Source of the DNA: Gammaproteobacteria bacterium
GTDB lineage: Bacteria; Pseudomonadota; Gammaproteobacteria; JABABF01
Assembly (NCBI GenBank): GCA_965237805.1
Contig: OZ250153.1
Span: 352,001-416,000, forward strand
Length of the DNA stretch: 64,000 nt
Direction of reading: 5' to 3'
Shown: piece by piece, positions 60,254 to 64,000 of the stretch
Numbering within the stretch: the first letter of the stretch is position 1
Layout of the letters: the number at the start of each line of letters is the position of its first letter
Notes under the pieces: model-generated
Told to the model about the DNA's origin: nothing
What the model saw: the letters and a program-made list of their open reading frames with translations, nothing else
Database searches by the model: none
Program-made: the position numbers and the translations under genes

Positions 60254-60913
60254 ATGGACATTCAGGCAACCCCTAGCGGCAAACAACTGGAAGCATTGGA
60301 AGCACTGTGCGAAGCGGTTGGCGCGCTGTGCGAAGAAGTGCGGCGCAGCACGGCACCGCCCGAGTTGATGGGGCGGGCGCGGCAGTTGACCGAGGAGGCC
60401 AGTGAGCTGCTGGCACCGCACCGCTTCACAGGACAATTGGCGCAATTCGCACTGGACGGCGGCCAGCTGCCACCACCCTTTGAACAGGCTCCAGTGGTGG
60501 CGGGTCAGGAACATAATATGGTGCGGAAAATGCCCTACAGTCCGATTCAAGGGCTCTGCAACCCGATGTCGCAGCGCTTCGTGATCAACTTGGCTCCGGG
60601 TGGTCGCGCACACGGCAGTGGCAGCTTTCCGGGCTGCAATGCCGGCCCACCCGGCTGCGCCCACGGCGGCCTGATCGCGGCGCTATTCGACGAGCTGTTG
60701 AGCGTGGCTGCGATAGCGGCCGGACGCAGCGGTTTCACGGCGCGGCTAGCGATCGATTATCTGGCTCCGACACCGCATGGGCGGGATGTGCAGTTCAGCT
60801 CAAAGCTGGCGCGCACCGAGGGGCGCAAAGCCTATGTCGAGGGCGAGATACGCGATGGCGACACTGTCACCGCCCGCGCCGAAGGGCTGTTCGTGCGCCC
60901 GCGCGGTAGCTGA
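60254..60913 (+). CDS. PaaI-family thioesterase (hotdog fold)
   Basis: 'SP..G..NP', 'GPPG.AHGG.IAALFDELL', 'T..L.I.Y..PTP', 'AEGLFV'. Confidence 0.85.
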   Translation: MDIQATPSGKQLEALEALCEAVGALCEEVRRSTAPPELMGRARQLTEEASELLAPHRFTGQLAQFALDGGQLPPPFEQAPVVAGQEHNMVRKMPYSPIQGLCNPMSQRFVINLAPGGRAHGSGSFPGCNAGPPGCAHGGLIAALFDELLSVAAIAAGRSGFTARLAIDYLAPTPHGRDVQFSSKLARTEGRKAYVEGEIRDGDTVTARAEGLFVRPRGS

Positions 60914-60940
60914 CAGCGTATGGGGAGAGGCCCCGACGCC

Positions 60941-61462
60941 CTAGCCCGCCAGCTCCTTGAGCAGGCCCGCCAAGTCGTCGGCGTGCTCTTCCTCCATCGC
61001 CAAGATCCCCTCCAACATGCGCCGCGTCGTCGGATCATCCGCGCCGAGGTAGCTGATCATCTCACGAGAGCTGTCGATGGCGATACGCTCGGCGACCAAA
61101 TCCTCTTTGATCATCTCGCGCAAGCTCGCGCCAGCCACATACTCGGCATGGCTGTGCGCAGACAAACCATCGGGGGAGAAATCGGGCTCACCACCCAGCT
61201 GGATGATGCGCGCCGCGATTTCATCGGCATGGGCCTGTTCTTCGTTGGCGTGCTCAAGGAACTCTTGGGCGATACTTTGGGCATTGATGCCAGCGGCCAT
61301 AAAGTGGTGTCGCCGATAGCGCAAGACACAGCTCAGCTCGGTGGCCAAGGACTCGTTGAGTAGGCGGATGACGGTGTCGCGATCGGCGTTGGAACCGGGC
61401 GTGACTGCGCCGCGCTCGATGTGTTCTCTGGCGCGGGCACGGAGGGTGGGAATATCACTCAA
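60941..61462 (-). CDS. Bacterioferritin-like / ferritin-like diiron protein
   Basis: 'LN..LATE..CVLRY', 'EE..HAD', 'RI.QLGG.P', 'EDLVAERIAI', 'EEEHAD'. Confidence 0.85.
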   Translation of the reverse strand: MSDIPTLRARAREHIERGAVTPGSNADRDTVIRLLNESLATELSCVLRYRRHHFMAAGINAQSIAQEFLEHANEEQAHADEIAARIIQLGGEPDFSPDGLSAHSHAEYVAGASLREMIKEDLVAERIAIDSSREMISYLGADDPTTRRMLEGILAMEEEHADDLAGLLKELAG

Positions 61463-61551
61463 TCAGCTGTGCTTGTCCATATCATGCAATGCGCAGTAGA
61501 CCGCTGACCGTGGCCTGTCATGATAGCTGCGGCAGGTCCTGCGGCAGCAGT

Positions 61552-62775
61552 CTAGGCTCCCATCGCCCGGTGGGCAAAAAAGCGTTTCAGTGCTGGCGAG
61601 CGATCGACCCAACGCAGGCCCTCGTTGCGCGCCAAACGCAGTAGTGGGTGGCGCGCAGCAAACAGCTGCTGCAGACCGGCCATTGATCCCAGCATGGCTA
61701 GATTGTGCTCGCGACACCGACGCTGGTAACGCAGCAAGGGCTGGAGCGCTCCCATCGCGCCACCCGACCGCCGCCAGCGCAGCAGCTCCTCGCCCAGCAC
61801 GGCGACATCTGTCAAGCCTAGATTGAGGCCCTGCCCAGCCAAGGGATGTACCGCACGCACCGCATCGCCGACCAAGACACAGCCGGGGCGGGCATAGTCT
61901 TCGGCGTGCCGCTGGCTGAGCGCGAAGGAGACGCGCGACCCGACCGCTCGCACCACCCCCAGACGGTGCTCAAAAGAGCGCGCCAAAGCGCGGCAGAATG
62001 CGCTGTCTTCCAGTGCCAGCAGAGCGGTGGCCACATCGCTGTCCGCCGACCACACCACCGAGCAGAAATGACCGCCACCACCGGCCAGCGGTAGAAATGC
62101 CAACGGGCCGTGCTCGGTGAAACGCTGCCAAGCCGTGTCCTGATGCACCCGCTCGGTCTGGGCCACCACCGCGATGGCGGTCTGGCGGCAATCCCAAACG
62201 CGGTGGTCGATGCCCGCCAACTTGCGCACCGCCGAGCGAGCACCGTCGGCACCGATGACCAAAGCTGCGCTGAGACGGCTGCCATCAGCCAAGGACAAGT
62301 GCGCCGGCTCGCCCTCCACCAGCGGCAACTGCAAGGCGCTGAGCCCGGTGCCGCGCAGCAGCTGCAGCCCATCTTGGGAGGCGACCAGCTGGCTCAGCGA
62401 GTGCTCGATGGCATCCTGCTCGACAATCCAACCCAGCGCGGTATCGGTCGCGCTCAGTTCGGCAGCGTCGAAGCAGACACCACCGCTGCCGTCGGCATCC
62501 CATACCCGCATCTGCGCGTAGGGACAGATGCGAGCTGGCGGCAACAGCTGCCACGCGCCAACACGCTCCAACAAAGTACGTGAAGCCGGGCTCAGCGCCG
62601 CTGTGCGGGCGGAAAAATCGCTTGGGGTGCCCGGCTCTGCCACCACCGCTGGCGGCGGTGCAGCGGTGTGCGCCTCGATCAAGCTGATACGCAGCGGCGT
62701 CTCGGCGAACAGGCGCGCCAAGCTGCAGCCGACGACGCCAGCGCCGACAATGGCGAGATCAAAATCCGGCGGCAC
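61552..62775 (-). CDS. ubiI: UbiH/UbiF/VisC-family FAD-dependent hydroxylase (probably UbiI)
   Basis: 'IVGAG.VG', 'GADGARS.VR', 'AWQRF...GPLAFLPL', 'GDA...HPLAGQG.NLG'; follows ubiH. Confidence 0.75.
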   Translation of the reverse strand: MPPDFDLAIVGAGVVGCSLARLFAETPLRISLIEAHTAAPPPAVVAEPGTPSDFSARTAALSPASRTLLERVGAWQLLPPARICPYAQMRVWDADGSGGVCFDAAELSATDTALGWIVEQDAIEHSLSQLVASQDGLQLLRGTGLSALQLPLVEGEPAHLSLADGSRLSAALVIGADGARSAVRKLAGIDHRVWDCRQTAIAVVAQTERVHQDTAWQRFTEHGPLAFLPLAGGGGHFCSVVWSADSDVATALLALEDSAFCRALARSFEHRLGVVRAVGSRVSFALSQRHAEDYARPGCVLVGDAVRAVHPLAGQGLNLGLTDVAVLGEELLRWRRSGGAMGALQPLLRYQRRCREHNLAMLGSMAGLQQLFAARHPLLRLARNEGLRWVDRSPALKRFFAHRAMGA

Positions 62776-63967
62776 GGGCTAAAAACCGAGCTTTCAGAGG
62801 CGCTGCCAAGTCCAAGGCGGCGAGGCCGACGCCGAGCAAGGCCGCGGGCAGGCGCGGGACGACCAAGCCGTGGTGCAATGCGCCGCTCAGCGCACTCACC
62901 CAACGCTGGTCGGCGCACCTGCCATCGACATAGTGCGACAGCACAGCCGCCGAAGCCGGGGCCTCGCCAGCGCCCAGTGCACGCTCTAAGTGCCGCGCCC
63001 ACGCCATCACCCCGCGCAGAGCAAGATTGAAACCTTGGGCGGCAACGGGATGCAAAACATGAGCCGCATCGCCCAACAACAGCAAGCCGGGACGCCATTG
63101 CTCGGCGGCGCTCGCCCCCCACAGCGGACGCTGACGGCGGGTGCCGACACGGTGCAGGCGCAGCTGGCGCACAGCCATCGCCCGCGCCAGCCATTGCTCC
63201 AAAGCACCGTCGTCCAGTGCCGCCAATTCAGTGCAGCGGGGCGTCGGCACCGCGGCGACCAACAGCATGCGCTGCGCTGCCTCAGGCATCGGTGCCGTCG
63301 GGGACAGCGGTAGCAGGGCCACCGAACCGTCCCCGCTAAAACGCTCCCAAGCCGTGCCACTCGGCAGGCCGGAGACGGCGATATTGCACAGCAATGCGCT
63401 GTGGCCATAATCGCGCCGCCGACGTGCGATGCCGAGCTGCGCAGCGAGCGGGGAATCGGCACCGTCGGCAACGATGACCAAGCTGGGCCGCAGCACTCGC
63501 TCCGCCGCGCCCGCCACCGCAACAGACAACTCGAAGCCACCGCGCCGTGGACGGCAAGTGTTGAGCTGCGTTGCATACAGCAGCTCCACCGGGGTATCGA
63601 CCAAGCGCTGCCACAAGCCGTGCCGCAGGCGCTGATGCTCGACCACCTGCCCCAAGGCCACCCGACCCACATCGCGGGCATCCATCAATACCGAGCCGGC
63701 CACGCCGCGCCGCGAAACATGTACCCGCTCGATGGCGGCGGCATCGTCGGCCAACGCCGGCCACAGACCCAGCTGGGTATAGCTGAGCACACTGCCCTGC
63801 GACAGCGCGATGGACGAAGCCTCGAAATCCGTCACTGGCGAGCTCGGTGGTGGACCGGGGGAGAGCAGCGCCACCCGTAGCGGCAATTCACGGCAGGCCA
63901 GGGCCAAAGCACAGCTGGCAGCGGACAGGCCACCACCGGCAACGGCGATGTCCACAGACTCAGCCAT
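62759..63967 (-). CDS. ubiH: 2-octaprenyl-6-methoxyphenol hydroxylase
   Basis: 'IALS.GS', 'I..VHVS.RG..G', 'LGQVVE', 'AWERF...G..ALLP', 'GDAAH.LHPVA.QGFNL.LR'. Confidence 0.85.
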   Translation of the reverse strand: MAESVDIAVAGGGLSAASCALALACRELPLRVALLSPGPPPSSPVTDFEASSIALSQGSVLSYTQLGLWPALADDAAAIERVHVSRRGVAGSVLMDARDVGRVALGQVVEHQRLRHGLWQRLVDTPVELLYATQLNTCRPRRGGFELSVAVAGAAERVLRPSLVIVADGADSPLAAQLGIARRRRDYGHSALLCNIAVSGLPSGTAWERFSGDGSVALLPLSPTAPMPEAAQRMLLVAAVPTPRCTELAALDDGALEQWLARAMAVRQLRLHRVGTRRQRPLWGASAAEQWRPGLLLLGDAAHVLHPVAAQGFNLALRGVMAWARHLERALGAGEAPASAAVLSHYVDGRCADQRWVSALSGALHHGLVVPRLPAALLGVGLAALDLAAPLKARFLARAAGF

Positions 63968-64000
63968 CGGCCGCGGCGGGCTCGGAGGCAGCCATGAAAT
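63960..64000 (-). CDS. 3' end of an upstream gene (possibly pepP, by synteny only)
   Basis: Open frame ending in TGA at 63962-63960 overlapping the ubiH start; pepP-ubiH-ubiI order is common. Confidence 0.3.
   Translation of the reverse strand, partial: FMAASEPAAADG

Noticed and set aside
60941-61462. Ferritin-like protein as encapsulin cargo
   Set aside because: No encapsulin gene nearby and no C-terminal targeting peptide.

Overview
GC-rich gammaproteobacterial chromosomal window (housekeeping synteny: bamD, pckA-ilvD, TtpC-type TonB cluster, rppH-(TauE-lgt)-thyA-folA, ubiH-ubiI) with two main accessory blocks. (1) About 6.6-19.5 kb, minus strand: a 15-gene, tightly translationally coupled PFGI-1/ICE-type (MPF_G) type IV secretion apparatus operon. 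It lacks the coupling protein TraD, relaxase, integrase, lytic transglycosylase and PilL in this window, and the neighbours of the missing genes are joined by start/stop overlaps, which suggests a streamlined, possibly domesticated secretion or adhesion machine. (2) About 31.4-46.7 kb: a partly AT-rich anti-phage island with QatABCD, a type I R-M system carrying a Schlafen/AlbA_2-HATPase gene and an M48/YgjP peptidase, and an unrecognised two-gene module (HNH nuclease plus minimal nucleotidyltransferase). Other points: an in-frame TauE/SafE-Lgt fusion with no ptsP upstream, roughly 50-aa in-frame insertions in ThyA and a TonB-associated TPR protein, tandem Tat-exported DUF1214-like paralogues, tandem Nu-class GSTs beside a ketosteroid isomerase, a 14-repeat Sel1 protein, an RGP/GT75-like gene and a decayed fcl pseudogene. 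No rRNA, tRNA, CRISPR array, integrase or transposase was seen. All family assignments come from motif recognition and synteny, not database searches.
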